A DNA stretch of 64,000 nucleotides, taken from Heteronotia binoei (taxonomy: Eukaryota). Below the pieces are notes generated by a model. That model did no database searches and was not told the origin of the DNA. It worked only from the letters and a program-made list of their open reading frames with translations. This document shows, piece after piece, positions 34,611 through 48,102 of the stretch. Made by a program: the position numbers and the translations under genes. Each line of letters starts with the position of its first letter. The first letter of the stretch is position 1. Location of the stretch: contig NC_083228.1 in the NCBI RefSeq assembly GCF_032191835.1, forward strand, positions 63,240,001 to 63,304,000, in the 5' to 3' direction.

Positions 34611-35794
34611 CCCATCACTGATTTTGAACTTCTTCAGGAAAACTGTAAACAAAGCAGTTAAATAAGCACATGCTATTCCATTTTAAACCAGATATTAAAA
34701 TTAATGCAAATAACATACTAACATCCTACAGAGTATTTTATACAATACTTTATATATATTTGTTACTCTTAATATTGTAAAAGTCACCATCGTGGGACTA
34801 TTTTAATGGAATTATTGGGATTTAGGTGCTTTCATCTATATACTGGAATCACAAATTTGCAGTTATAAATCCTTCTGCCTAAAAACCTTTACTAAGAATA
34901 GCTCTGTTGATCAGATCACTGGTTCATCAAGCCCAACATTGTTCCAAACAGTGGTCAACTTGTCATCCTGGTGGGTCAACATACAGGGCATTCAGTGTTG
35001 CTTCCAAGGTATTCAAGTTTACTGCTTCTAGATGTGGTAGCTTCCTTTTACCATCACAACTAGTAGGTATAGAGAAATCAAAATTGTACATGGTATTCCA
35101 AATGAGGTCACACCACAGATCTAAACAAGAGCATTACAGTATTTGCCACTGTAATTTCAGTCCCTTCTAAGGCATCATTTCCCTTCTTCAACCTGATGCC
35201 TCCTAGCTCAAGACCCTCAATCTCCACAACAGCAGAGGAGCCATCAACACAAGAGCAGGATAGTTCTTCTGAGTCCTTTAAGGCACCCAGATACATCTGT
35301 GTCTCTTACAGCTTCACCAGATTGGCAACCACAGTTTGAAGGACTGAACCTTCTCTTTGAAAGCCTAGAATTCAATGCATCAAACACCCATAACTTCCAT
35401 CCAACGGGCACATAAACATATATGCGACTCTCTGCTTAACACCTGGTAACAGTCCCCCCTCCAGGTTTTCTATCTTTATGGCTATTTTTGCAGTTTAAAG
35501 TTAATACTAAAGACAGCATGTGTACCTGAAACTATGCAGATTCCTATACTAATAATAATACGCAGTGTACCTGTTTCCATCCCCAGATACTGAACTGATC
35601 CAGAATCTTACTTGGATGTCCTATTTCAACTTGTCTCTGGAGCTTTCTCTTGTTCCCTCCCGCTCAAACTTCCCTGCTAACACATCCTTTTTGCATGCAC
35701 AACCCAGGAAAAATGGTAATAGAATCACAGAGCTGGAAGGGGCCATACAGGCTCTATAGTCCACCCCCCTGATTAATGCAGGATCAGCCTAGAG

Positions 35795-36491
35795 CGGAGT
35801 GGCCAAACATGCTTAACATAACAACGACATAGAGTAAATGTCAGATTTTTGAGAGCCACAAGACATGAACAGATATTACACACATGTCCTTATTAAAAAT
35901 ACTTTATTTGAACAGAAAAATAAAATTCATATGTATGCTCTTTACAACTTGACAATGCTAGGAGGAGACTTTAAAAAACAAAAGCTGGGAATAACAGTCC
36001 CATAGCATAGAGAAATGATAGGGAATTATTTTTTGGAACCAGCAGAAGGAAACACATATATACAAGCCACTGCCTAGCATTTAATCATTATTCATTTCTG
36101 TTTGTCTTGACATCAAGGTGAGTAAATACAGCTCCTACAATAGCTGTGAAACTAAGAGGAAACCTTGTATTGCCCTCTTTAATTCTGTTCCTCCTTCCAG
36201 TGGCTCCCTTGGCTCTTGCACTCTCTTTCCCCCTTCTAGGTCTCTGGGCAACGTCTGTGGTGGTGGTGAAGAACCTGCAAGCCTGCCTATTCCCCGCCCC
36301 CCTCACCCGCTTCACACATGGTGGAAATAGTCGCCTACCTTTGGGTCACCACTCAGAGACTGACTGAGGCCCCAATGCTAAACATGCTTACATGAGAGTA
36401 AGCCTACATTAAGTTCCTCCTTGACCTCCAGGAACCACACAATATGTATGGAAGAGCTGCATGTGGCTAAGCCACCATTTGGCCATCTCTG
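35795..36491. mobile_element. hAT non-autonomous element (697 bp) inserted in the CR1 3'UTR
   Basis: TIRs cggagtggccaaac / atttggccatctctg; perfect 8-bp TSD gcctagag. Confidence 0.85.
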
Positions 36492-37624
36492 GCCTAGAGC
36501 ATCCCTGACAACTACTTGTCCAGCCACTGCTTAAAGACTGCCAGTGATGGGGAGCTCACCACCTCCTTAGATAGCTGATTCCTCTGTTGAACAACTCTTA
36601 CTATAAAGAAGTTTTTCCTAACATCCAGCTAGTATCTTCCCAACCTTAATTTAAACCCATTATTGTGAGTCCTCTCCTCTGCCGCCAACAGGAACAGCTC
36701 CCTACCCTCCTTTAAGTGACAGCCCTTCAAATACTTACAGAGAGCAATTATGTCCCTTTTCAACCTCTTCTCCAGACTGAACATTCCTAAGTCCCTCAGT
36801 CTTTCCTCTTAAGAGCTTGGTTTTCAGGCCCCTGATCATCCTTGTTGCTCTCCACTGCTCCTGCTTCATTCTGTCTATATCCTTCTTGAAATGAGGCCTC
36901 CAGAAATGCACATAATACTCCAGGTGTGGCTTGATCAATGCAGTGTGCAGCAGGACTATGAGTCATGACATCTTGCAATTTGGATGTCATGCTTCTGCTG
37001 ATACACCCCAAGTTGGCATTAGCCTTTTTTGTTGCAGCATCACACTGGCTGCTCATATTTAACTTATAGTAATATTTAACTTACGGAACAACAAGATCTT
37101 GTTCACACACACAGTTACCCAGAAGTGTATCTCCCATCCAGTATGCATGAAGTTCATTTTTGTTACCAAGATGTAGAACTTGGCACTTATCCTTGTTAAA
37201 TTGTATCTTGTTCACACCCCCTCACCCATTTTTCCAATGTGTTCAGATCTCGTTGAATTCTATCTCTATCTTCTGGTGTGTTCGCTGCTCCTCCCAATTT
37301 GGTGTCATCGGCAAATTTAAAAAGCAGCCCCTCCACACCCTTATGCAGATCACTGATAAAAAATATTAAAAAGTAGTGGGCCCAAAACTGAGCTCTGTAG
37401 CACCCCACTGGATACCTCCCCTTCATTCAGATGAAATGCCATTGACAACTACTCCTGGATAGTGGTTCTTTAACCAGTTCCCTATCCACCTAACCATCCT
37501 GGAGTTGAGTCCACAGTCCTCAAATTTATCCATCAGAACGTCATGGGGAACCCTGTTGAAATCTTTAATGAAATCCAGGTGAACAACATGAACAGCATTA
37601 CTCCAATCCAGTAAGCTTGTCACT

Positions 37625-38110
37625 TGTGGTCAGGGACCTGCCTATCTACGGGACCGCCTTTCCCCATATATCCCCCAGAGAGCACTGCGATCAGGGACAA
37701 AAAATCTGCTGTCTGCCCCTGGCCCAAAAGAAGCCAGGCTATGCGTAACAAGATCCAGGGCTTTCTCGGTGGCAGCACCAGAACTTTGGAACACCCTCCC
37801 AGAAGCTATAAGGGCCCTGCGGGATTTGTCGGCGTTCCGCAGGGCCTGTAAGACCGAACTGTTTAGACAAGCTTTTCTGGTTGACTGAAAATGGGCTGCC
37901 ACCGGACATCCTACAGAAGCTGGCGATCATAGTCAGAACCCAATACCGCCAGACTGGATTGAGACAGCGCAAATAGTTTTAAATTGATAAGTGAACTATG
38001 TTTTTATATGTTTTATGGAATTGATTGTTTTTATGATATTGTAAGCCGCCCTGAGTCCGCTTGCGGAGAGGGCGGGATATAAATGTAAAGTAATAAATAA
38101 ATAAATAAAT
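37625..38110 (+). mobile_element. L2 3' fragment inserted in CR1
   Basis: Ends gagggcgggatataaatgtaaagt(aaat)n; CR1 sequence resumes on both sides. Confidence 0.88.
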
Positions 38111-40162
38111 TGGTCAAAAGAGGAAATGAGGTTTGTCTGGCAGGACCTGTTGGAGACAAATCCATGACTTCCCTGGATCACTAAGTTGTCTTTTAGATTC
38201 TAGCAGAATGATCTCTTTAATATCTTCTCCAGTATCTTCCCAGGGGCGGAGGTCAGACTGACTGTCCAGTAGTTTCCTGGGTCATCCTTCCTTTTTTGAA
38301 AATTAGAACATCTGCCCTCTTCCAGTCTCATGGTGCATCAACCATTCTCCAAGAGGTCTGGAAGATGATGGACAGAGTCTCTGCAAGCTCTCTAGAAAGG
38401 TCTTTGAGCACTCTTGGGTGCATACTATCTGGCCTGGGGGATTTGTACTCATTCAATGCAGTCAAGTGCTTCTCAACTACATCTCTGTTCATGTCAACCA
38501 GCAGCCTGGACGCTGTGCCTTTCCTACTTACCATCTCTAGATGAGCCTGTTATCTTTCTGCTTTCTTTCTGTACACTGTCAGAATTTCTCTGTTTTCATC
38601 CAACAGTGGGCCCACTGCCTCTTTTATCGTGCATCTGCTCCTAATATACATGAAGATGTTCTTGTAGAGAGTCTCCCCGACAAGCTTTAGCTCACTGTAA
38701 GCTTTGGACTCTCTGATGGCTGACCTATAGTTTCTAGCAACTCGCAGATACTCTTTAGAGATATGTCCTTGCCCCCATTTCTTGAACAATTCCTTGTCTT
38801 CCTTAGCACATCACAGAGTTCTCTGTTCCTCCACATTGGATTCTTGGATCCCTAACTTGTTTCCTTTTTGTTGGAATAATGATGGCTTGAGCTTGCAAGA
38901 GCTCTTTATTTAGGAGATACTATGCCCCTCACTTGCTCCTTTCTCTTATGGCAGTCTTGCCCATGGAATAATTCTCATCACCCTCTGAGTTTATTAAAGT
39001 CTACTCTACTGATATCTAACATACTTGTGTGGCTACAAACTTCCTTGGTCCCGCAAAGCAGAAGGAATTCTAGCAGGACGCAGTCATTTCTCTCTAAGAT
39101 CCCTAGCATCTTCTCCCTATCTACCATTTCTTGCCCAATGGTAAATATTAAGTCAAGTATGACTGAGCCCCTCATAGCTTCCTCCACCATTTGATAAAGG
39201 AAGTTTTCAGCTAAACAGGCCAGGAACGAGCATGACTTTGGACATTTTGCTTTCCACGGGGCTATCATCCTCCTCCTGTATTTCCTGACAAACAACCCCT
39301 CTCCTCACATATAGCACCACTCTGCCTCCTCTTTGATCCTTTCAGTTTTTCTTGAACAACTCATATCCAGCTACTACTACATTCTAGTCTTGGGAATCAT
39401 CCCAACAAGTCTCTATAATGCCTACCAAATCATATCCCTCTGTCTACATTAGAAGCTCCAGCTCTTCCTTCTTATTGCCCAAGCTTTGGACATTAGGTAC
39501 ATCGACACCTGAAGCTCTGCACCTTTGGCTTCAGTAAACCCAGCCCGCCTCTACTGTTTGCTCTTCTTCATTTAAATCCCTATTTTGATCATCGCCTTTC
39601 CCTTGTGGTGTTAGTTTAAAGTCCTCTTGATTAATCTCCCAAGGTTTCTGTGAACCACATTTTCCCCTAACCTTGACAGGTGAAGTCTACTGTGTGCTAT
39701 TAAGTTGTTGTCCAGAAAATCTAGCCCATGGTCCCAGAATCCAAATCATTCCCACTCCTGCCGGCACCACTAATGCAGCCAGTGGTTCACCTCCATTACC
39801 ATCTCCTCCCATCATATTCCCCTTCCTATAATAGGACGGAATGAAGAGACCATCTGCCCCTCCATTCCCTTCAGTTTCCTCCTGAGAGCTTCATAGTTAG
39901 TCTTAATGCTTTCGATGGTGTTCACAACCATGTAATTGGGTTTCCACATGATCCACCATGAATGGGTAAATACACTGTAGGTTTGATGAGTTTTGGGATC
40001 TTGTCTATAATATCTTTAATATCTGTCCCTGGCAAGCAACTCACCTCTCAGATCGTCCTATCAACTTACACTTCTTCCTGTTCTCAGGGAGGAACACAAG
40101 CTAGGGGAGTCAGGCCTATGACATTCCATATCTCTCAACAGGGAGCCATCTATGACCAAAAC

Positions 40163-40278
40163 CAGGGCTTTTTGGTAGAAAAAACCCAGCAGTAATCATT
40201 TGCATATTAGGCCACATCCCCCGATGCCAAGCCAGCTGGGAATGTGTTCCTGTGCATTCCTGCTCAAAAAAAGCCCTG
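40163..40278. mobile_element. 116-bp hAT MITE (sister of 25856)
   Basis: TIRs cagggcttttt / aaaaaagccctg; perfect TSD accaaaac; octamer at 40198-40205. Confidence 0.88.
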
Positions 40279-40737
40279 ACCAAAACCTTCCTTTTCCTTC
40301 CCATGCCATTTCTTCATATCTTCCTGTCCACATCTTTCTGTCTTATGTTTATGATATCTCCACTGGCAGTTTCCATCTCTGCCTCCACCACAACGGCCTG
40401 GAATTGATTCCTTAGTTCTAATGGCACTGAGTGCTGTTTTGTTCAACACCTTTGGGGTCTGGCTGTAGAACTCTGAAAAGTCTCATTAAGGCAGTTAGTC
40501 ACAATATTGTCTGTTTGACTGGTCCCTCCTTCTTTATGCAGGAAGAGTAGTAATCCTTTCCTCCAGGCTCCGCACCATCTCCTCTAAGCGTCCTATCAAC
40601 TTACACTTCTGTCTTGTCCTCAGTTAGGAACACAAACATGGTGCACTCCTCACAGGTGACTGGAAATGGTTAGCATTCATAATCGCTTCCCAAGTGGATT
40701 CTTGCATCTAGAAATACCTTAGGGCGTTGATGTACCC

Positions 40738-41090
40738 TGAAACTTAGATAACTTTGTCGTTGTTTGTGCCTAGCCCTACCACCACCAGTCCACAGAAGTC
40801 ACCACCAGTCCACGTAGGTGAGTTGCTATAGTAAGACACAGTCCAACAACACTCTGTGTAATTAACTATATTCAGGTTATTTATATATATACAGACTCTC
40901 CATCAAAGTGCTCCGCCAATCAATCATATAGAGTAGAAGGGTAGTTATGTACAGCACATTACTTATATACACATGCAGTTAGTCACTGTACCAATGAACT
41001 TTCAGTGCTGAGTCATTCTGCACTCATCACCTTGTTACCTCATCAACCTGGTTGAAACCAGTTCTTACTTGGCAGAGCCCTGCTATAACA
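40738..41090 (-). mobile_element. Possible solo LTR
   Basis: Minus strand begins tgttatagcagg; TATA-like and aaataa motifs. No TSD found; left end uncertain. Confidence 0.35.
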
Positions 41091-41660
41091 CCAATGTCAT
41101 CTATTTGACCCTAGCTGTCAGATCAGCATGCTTCACTTGCCTCATGCCTTACTGAGCGTTTTCATATGCTAACTAACTTAACAAAGAGGTAAAGAAAAAC
41201 AATTTAAAATTTTCTTAACTGCTTATGGGATCCACAGGCCCAATCCCCGTGCAAAGAGCCACAGGGCAAGAGGCTTGCCACTGCCTCTGGCAAAAAGGAG
41301 CCCTGCAATTCAAAGGTTCACAACCTCTACCTCTCAACAGCCAAAGCAACATCTGAGGGCAGGGCCAGCAACCAACCCCAGGCAAACAGGCCCTCCTCTC
41401 TTAGCAACAAACCAGACCAAAAGAACACAGAGAAGCAATCAGAAATTCCTCTCCAGCAGGCTCTAAGCACTCACTCCTCCCTCCCTAGACATTATTTTCT
41501 CCCCAGCAGTTTAGGAAAAGCAAAACTAACACCTCGCCAGCAGTTCTGTCCCAGGTCCTTTCACCAGCCCAGGTAACTCAATTCTGCCTCTGCGAAGGAG
41601 GAGCCTTGCAATTCCATGTGTGACATCTTACAGAATTGATTCAAAGCTATGTGCTATACC

Positions 41661-42310
41661 CAGGCCTATAGCCATGGGGGCAACCCGGGGGAGGGGGGCA
41701 CGGCACCTCCACTCAACCCCCCTTGGACCTTTATGGCCCCTCCTTTCCCTGGCCCCTGCTCTCTCTGCCGCCACCTTTCTCCCTGTGGTTCTGGTGGCCC
41801 TGCCTCCCTCCTTGCGGCACCTCCCTTCCTCCCACCCAGCCACCCACTCACCCACCAGGCGAAAGAGTAAAGAGCAGGTTCCTGGGGCTCTTGCAAGACA
41901 CCCCCCGCCAATCACATGATCGGGTGGAAAAACCATGCCAAAGCTGGCGGTTCCTACACTGGCTTCCCGACGCAATCAACAAGTTCAGCCCCAGAGCTGA
42001 ACTTGCTGATCGTGCCATAAAGCTGGCATAGATACCATCAGCTTCGGAGCAGCTTTTCCAGCCAATCACATGATCGGCGGGGGGGGGGGGAATCTTGCAA
42101 GAGCCCCAGGAGCCTGCTCTTTACTCTTTCACCCGATGAGTGAGTGGGTGGCTGGGTGGGAGGAGGAGGTGCCGTGTGGAGGGGGGCGGGGCCGTTAGAG
42201 CTGCAGGGAGAAAAGTGGCAGTGGAGAGAGTGAGGGCTGTGAGGGGGGCCCTCTCTCCAAAAACTTTTTCCGTGGACCTCCCCAACCAGAATTTTCTGGC
42301 TACGGGCCTG
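41661..42310. mobile_element. 650-bp fold-back hAT MITE
   Basis: TIRs caggcctatagcca / tggctacgggcctg; perfect TSD gctatacc; internal ~140-bp inverted arms. Confidence 0.9.
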
Positions 42311-42385
42311 GCTATACCCCAAATCTCAGGAAGTATCAGGTTGTTATGCTGTGTACAGGAAAGAACAGGGAGCAAGCTCACTTAC

Positions 42386-42496
42386 CAGAGAAATAAGCAC
42401 AGCATGGCTCTCCTTTTGCTATTTTAGAAACACTAGGAGTTGTTTTCTGGCAATATTCTGCTAAGGATATATTGAGTTCTTTTAGAACCTTCAGGT
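42386..42496 (-). CDS. TDRD1: TDRD1 exon: DLKVLKELNISLAEYCQKTTPSVSKIAKGEPCCAYFS
   Basis: gttacag|ACCTG...TTCTCTG|gtaagt; 111 nt, phase 1-1. Read manually; not in the ORF track. Confidence 0.92.
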
Positions 42497-42979
42497 CTGT
42501 AACAATAAGATCAGAATACAAAATTCTTCATCCATCATTTGTAGTAGCGTAGGGCATATCAAAATTGTAAACAGAATGGCAGGGCTACTCAATTAGTCCA
42601 ATTTATTTTTCATTCAGTTAAAACAGCACCCTTCTTAACAGGTTAATACAAAGAAGCATCAATGTTGCCGAATTATTAAAATAACCCTAGAAAGGGCAGT
42701 TCAAAGTGTAACGACTGGAAAATATGAAAGCCGTTTACAAAATACACAGCTGCAAAGCACAAAAAGCCTGCAAGAAACTAAAGCTCCTGTTAGTTTCTGT
42801 AACTCTAGTTACCTATAAACTTCTTCTACTTTAAACTGGCCTTTGTATGATTTATTTAATTTTTTCTTAAGCTTTCTAATGGGGATAAGTAGATTCATGC
42901 AGTTCTTTTCCATTAAGGGTTCAATTCCTGGGGTTTCAATCCAGAGATCTTCCAACATATGTAAATATGCTGCTGAAGT

Positions 42980-43383
42980 ATAGCCCTTCCCCTCCCGTCT
43001 CTATTTACCTTCAGTGCTGCAATGCGACGCTGCGCTCCAGGCCCTGCAGCCGCCACCTGTAGCGTTCTCTGAGTGTCCTCCAGGTAGAGGACGCTCAGAG
43101 AGCAGTACAGAGACGACACGCTGGCCAGAAGTACTTCCCTGCACCTCTTTGATGTTTGAAAACACCAGAGAGGGGAGCAAAAGGCTCCTAGTGGCACACA
43201 GCCTTTGTATCGCTCCCTGAGCGTCCTCCAAGCAGAGGACACTCAGGGAGTGATACAGAGATTGCGTGCCGGCAAAACTTGGGCATTTGCCTTCGGCACT
43301 GGGCTGGGAGGGCCCATTTTGGTGCACTCCTCAGCCTGGCGCCCTAGGAAAATGCTTAATTTGCCTAGTGGGAGGGCTGGCCC
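42980..43383. mobile_element. MITE remnant with two related hairpin units
   Basis: ctctgagtgtcctc...gaggacgctcagag and ctccctgagcgtcctc...gaggacactcagggag; right end ggcgccctagg...gggctggcccgg. Confidence 0.55.
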
Positions 43384-44599
43384 GGCTTGCCCCAGATTAA
43401 GAATTGTCTATACTGTTTAACTAACATGCACACCCTCCAGTGTCTGCAGAGACTGGTATCATCACAGGGAAAAAACTCTATCCTGGTACCTTAGTGATAA
43501 TTCTATAACTACCAGTGAAATTTCTGGGCTCTCAAAAATAAGCTTGGAAACTAAGCGTAGTTCTCTGAGTGCCTAGATTACATTTTACAGCAGTACCTTC
43601 ATCAAATGTCAGAACTGAGAGCTGAATAACGCATGACATTTACCATGTTATTGCCACAGGGACTGGCAGTCATAACATCTTTGCAAGTCCCTTCTAGTAG
43701 GAACTCTATTCCAAAGCACCACAGGATTCTGATTCAGATTGGGATAGTGTGGCATAGTGTGCTACTTCCCTATGTATAAAGGGCTCTGGGGTGCTTTCCC
43801 TGGCTCACTGGGTAATACAATATGTGCAGCCCCCTAGTGTGGTAATAGTACATTTTTACAAAATAGCAACAGAGGGGACGCTGAAGCACCTCCACACCAT
43901 GCCACGGTCCCTATCCACATAAAACTCCTGGGATACTTTGAAATGAACTTCAATGGTAGTCATGTGCAGATGTCACATTTAGTTCAGCTCTGAGCCTCAC
44001 ATCTGAACAATGGTAAGATTGCTGAGAAATGCAGAAATGTGAAAACTCTGATTCAACTGCAAAATCTAATCTAATTAGATTTTTTAAATCATCTTTTTGT
44101 CTCTTATGGTCTGCTTTTGTGCTGGAAACTCTCAGGCTGCCCAATGTTTGTATTGTATTGTAGCTTGTTTCTCAATGGCTGTGTTTTAATGGCTTTGCTT
44201 TACTGTTTTAATTACAAGCTGCCTCAAACATTGTTTCTACACAGGTGGCATATTAATTTGCTATTCCTAATTTTTAATGCAACGCACAGGAGAATGCAAA
44301 CAATCTTTCAATTATATTCTTCAGAAAAGTATACACCCAATGACAAGTCAGAAACATTCTGGTCCAAATCCATTATTTGCATAAATGGATCTGTGACTAA
44401 AATGGAAACAATGGATACTTGTTAGATTCCTGGCATCATGAATCATAATCATCATGCCAGGAACCCAAGAACAATAATAATAATTAAATACATTTATAAT
44501 GTGCTATCCCTGGAAGCCAGGCTCAGAGTGGGTAACATCATTTGTAAAAACTTTCAATTTATAAAACTGATACATAGTTAAAATAAGTAAAATAAAACA

Positions 44600-46224
44600 C
44601 ATAATAAATGCTTCCCACTATACAGCTATACCATTTCTGGGCAAGATAATTTGGAAAGCGGTGGCGGAGCAGTTCCAAGCTTTCCTGGAAGATACATCTG
44701 TCCTTGACCCCTTCCAGTCCAGCTTCCATCCTGGTCATGGGACGGAGACTGCTCTGGTCACCCTCACAGATGACCTTAGAAGGCACCTGGATCAAAGCGG
44801 GTCAGTGCTGCTATTGCTTTTAGATCTTTCAGCAGTGTTTGACACGGTCAATTACGATCTAATGACCGTCTTGCCGATATTGGAGTTCAGGGGTCAGCCT
44901 TACAGTGGTTTTCCTCCTTCCTCCATGGTCGGGGACAAAGGGTGGCAATTGGCGAATAGACCTCCCTGCGTTATCAACTAGAATGTGGTGTACGGCAGGG
45001 AGCTATTTTCTCGCCAATGATGTTTAACATCTACATGCGCCCCCTTGCCCAGATTGCCAGAGGTTTTGGGCTGGGTTGTTGTCACCAGTATGCAGATGAT
45101 ACCCAGTTCTATCTGATGAAGGATGGCCAGTCAGACTGCCCCAGACCATTTGACCAGGACACGAAGCAATGGCTGCTTGGCTGCAACTGAGCCGACTGAA
45201 GCTTAATCCAACTAAGATGGAGGTACTGTTCATGAGTCACGGGGGGCCAAGATTGGACATCTGGCTCCCCACCCTGGATGGCGCACCTCTTGTGCCAGCT
45301 CAGAAGGTGAGGAGTCTGGGTGTGATACTGGATGCCACCCTGTCTATGGAGGCCCAAGTCACAGCTGTTGCACGATCTGCTTTCTACCATCTTCGGCAGG
45401 CCAAACAACTAGCACCCCATCTGGCTCCTCGGGACTTAGCTACAGTGACCCATGCAAGTCACTTCCAGGTTGGACTACTGTAACTCGCTCTACGCAGGCT
45501 TGTCCTTATGACTGATCCGGAAACTCCAGCTGGTGCAGAATGCAACAGCATGATTGCTTACTGAATTGCCTTTACGGGCAAGCAGACGGCCAATGCTGCG
45601 CAGTCAGCACTACCTATCGAGTACCGGATCCACTTCAAGGTTTTAGTATTGATGTTTAAAGCCTTGCACGGCCTGGGACTGACATACCTGCAGGACTGTC
45701 TCTCCCTATGAGCCCCGAAGGCCATTGCAATTGGCCAGCCAACATCTTTTGACCATCCCTGGTCCAAAGGACGTCCGGCTTGCCTTGACCAGGGCTAGGG
45801 CCTTTTCGACCCTGGCCCCGACCTGGTGGAATCAGCTCCCTACAGATTTGGGCCCTTCCGGATTTGTTACCATTCCAGAGCGCCTGTAAAACAGAGCTGA
45901 TCCGCCAGGTCTATGGTTGAGGCAAGCGGATGTCCTCACCCTACTACACCATCCAACTGGCCTCCCAGCAATGACTGCAACTTCATTTGGGGCCAATACT
46001 GTTGACATCTTGGGTCAACTTAGGCTGCCTACGATAATTACGCCTCAAGTGCTTATACCATTCATGCCGTCTTTAATGATTGACTTAATGTATTGGTTTA
46101 ATTGTTTTAACTATTTTGATGGTTTATTGTTGGCTTTAATGTTTTAGCTTGTTGTAATCCGCCCTGAACCCTTCACAGGAAAGGGCGGGCTATAAATGTA
46201 CAAAATAAAAATAAAAAAATAAAA
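44600..46224 (+). mobile_element. L2 LINE RT and 3' end
   Basis: LDPFQSSFHPGHGTETAL, LLDLSAVFDTV, YADD-region, LKLNPTKMEVL; tail gggcgggctataaatgtac(aaaat)n. Confidence 0.93.
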
Positions 46225-46329
46225 GATGGTATAAATCTCAGAGGGGAGTAAGGCATAGCTGTCTGATCAGAGGAAAGGGGGGTGGGGGTGGGGAGGCCAA
46301 ACCAAAATGGAAACTGTCAACATGGGCTG

Positions 46330-46560
46330 TCTCAGCCCTTAACCATTTGCCTCACAGAACTCCATTTTGCAGGCCCTGCAGAAGCATAACAAGTCCTGCA
46401 GGGCCCTGATCTCTCCCAGAAGACTGTTTCACCATGTTGAATCCAGGGCCATGAAGGCCCTGGTCCTGGATGAAGGCAGCTGGATGCTCTTTGGGCCAAG
46501 AATCACCCCAGATTTTAGTCACTCAGCCAACTGGCTGGGCATAAAAAAAATGATGGACTT
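46330..46560 (-). mobile_element. Older L2 fragment
   Basis: Reverse complement of L2 C-terminal ...ccagggccttc...tggaac sequence. Confidence 0.6.
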
Positions 46561-46668
46561 CAGTTAAATGCATGGCTGAAGTAGTGCCACGAATCATTTA
46601 AATGTAAACCATACAGGAAGAAACAACAACAACAAAAACCTTCCCCAAACCTGAGAAATAAAATGTAC

Positions 46669-46791
46669 CATTGTTGTTTAGTATCTGGCAATAGAACTCT
46701 CCAGGGCTGTACACCATACACACAGTGACATCTATCACCTGTTTAGGTGTTAATTTGACCCTGGTCCAAGCAACTTTATCTTGTTTCTGAT
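46669..46791 (-). CDS. TDRD1: TDRD1 exon: DQKQDKVAWTRVKLTPKQVIDVTVCMVYSPGEFYCQILNNN
   Basis: cctatag|ATCAG...CAATG|gtacat; 123 nt. Carries the VYSPGEFYC motif of TDRD1. Confidence 0.93.
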
Positions 46792-47847
46792 CTATAGGCA
46801 AAGAAAAAAACAACAAAAAGTCCAACATTATGTTTGTGCTACAATGATCAGCCCATATCTGAATTTCAAACCCATTTAAATCAAAGTATTTGGAAACTCT
46901 AAATGTTTTGAAAGGAAGTTTTATGACAGCACACTACCCTAGAGACATTTATTTGTGCCCTAGGGACATTTTTGAGAATGTAAAACTCATTGTTTACAAC
47001 ATTATTAGCACCATTTTCTTTGATCTCAGCACAGAACCCATATGCAGGACTTCAGAGACTATGGAAACAATTCATCTGCCTGAAGAGGACATTTTTAAAT
47101 CCCTTTGTTAGTCAATACTATGGGTAGTTATTGAACGTGTTAAACTGTTCACACAGTCAGCTAAGTTTAAATTCTGGCAAGTCAAAATGATTTTGCAAGG
47201 TCTTACTGATGTTCACTGAGACCATTTGAAGAGCAGGTGGAGGCATTTTTCATTTTTGTGATAATGTAGGAAGCTGACAGTGATGCTCAAGTGCACCCAC
47301 AGAAGCTTTCTTACACTCCCCCAACACCGCTGCGGATATCACTTGTAAAAACTGCTCAGTGACCACATTTGGGAGGAATGGCTTGAGTTCATTACAGCTT
47401 CATTTTGGTGTCTTAAAAACTACAGTTGTAAACCACATTGGATTATAATATATTTCTAATAAAAATATCCTTAAATTTACTCAAAAACACACCCAAAACA
47501 TTCTCCTTCATTACCAACACACACAGCCAGAGCTAATACACAGCTAAATTGGCAGCTTTTAAGCTCTCCACTGATTGCAAATTTTCTGCAAATGGAACCT
47601 GTTAAAACTGCAAAGTTCAAAATAGGGGTACTAATTGAATCTAAGAGCATTTTCAAATTATATTTTTACAACTGACTTAATTAGAATATGTAATCTACAG
47701 TTGATTAAAGTTGAAAGAAAGTCACACACACAAAAAACCAATTTACAAATATTTCCAAGTGCCAATCCCTCTATTCACCTTTCAAAACACTGCCCAAGTA
47801 TTTATGCAGCCAGCTCAAGTAAGCTTCTGCAGCAATTTTTCACTTAC

Positions 47848-48102
47848 CATTCACATCTTGCAATGTTCCAGTACTTCTTTCAAGTGCTGTCAAGATGGAG
47901 GCATTTCCTTCCACTGCACATCCAGACTCTAAAAGGCTTTCACGCACATTTATTGTTGGAGTCACTGATGTATCTGTAAGTTCTACTGCAGAAGTGTTCT
48001 CATTTTTATCCATTACTTTTACGGTGACCACTTTATTTTGTACCAGTGTTTTCATGAAAGAAGTTGCCTCTGTGGACCAGCTTCCAGATGCTGGCTTTAT
48101 AC
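47848..48102 (-). CDS. TDRD1: TDRD1 exon (SN-like fold after Tudor 2): GIKPASGSWSTEATSFMKTLVQNKVVTVKV...LQDVN
   Basis: tttttag|GTATAAAG...GTGAATG|gtaagt; 255 nt, phase 1-1. Confidence 0.93.

Larger units (their letters stand above)
35720..40660 (-). mobile_element. Near full-length degraded CR1 (ORF1 remnant, EN, RT, 3' end) with nested hAT, L2 and MITE
   Basis: 3' end (tagaatcacagag reverse complement), PHLEYYVHFWRPHFKKD, FADDTKLGG, HLDFIKDFNRVPH, SPRPDSMHPRVLK; EN at 39300-39500. Confidence 0.9.

Noticed and set aside
33156-34665. Many overlapping 90-207 aa ORFs
   Set aside because: Pro/Gly/Ala-rich products on both strands of a GC-rich repeat; stop-codon scarcity explains them, and there are no recognisable domains.
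40050-40640. ~45-nt duplicated segment (cgtcctatcaacttacacttc...)
   Set aside because: Both copies look like the CR1 ORF1 N-terminus; explained by stacked CR1 5' ends.
41620-42427. Stack of ORFs on both strands
   Set aside because: They lie in the GC-rich fold-back MITE; the real coding sequence nearby is the 111-nt TDRD1 exon on the minus strand.
43826-43843. CTCF-like motif (ccacactagggggctgc on the minus strand)
   Set aside because: Only a partial consensus match, inside a small repeat; too weak without ChIP data.
43950-44144. Minus-strand acceptor-like ttttgcag with a short ORF
   Set aside because: No suitable donor and no Tudor similarity; flanking TDRD1 exons already join in frame.
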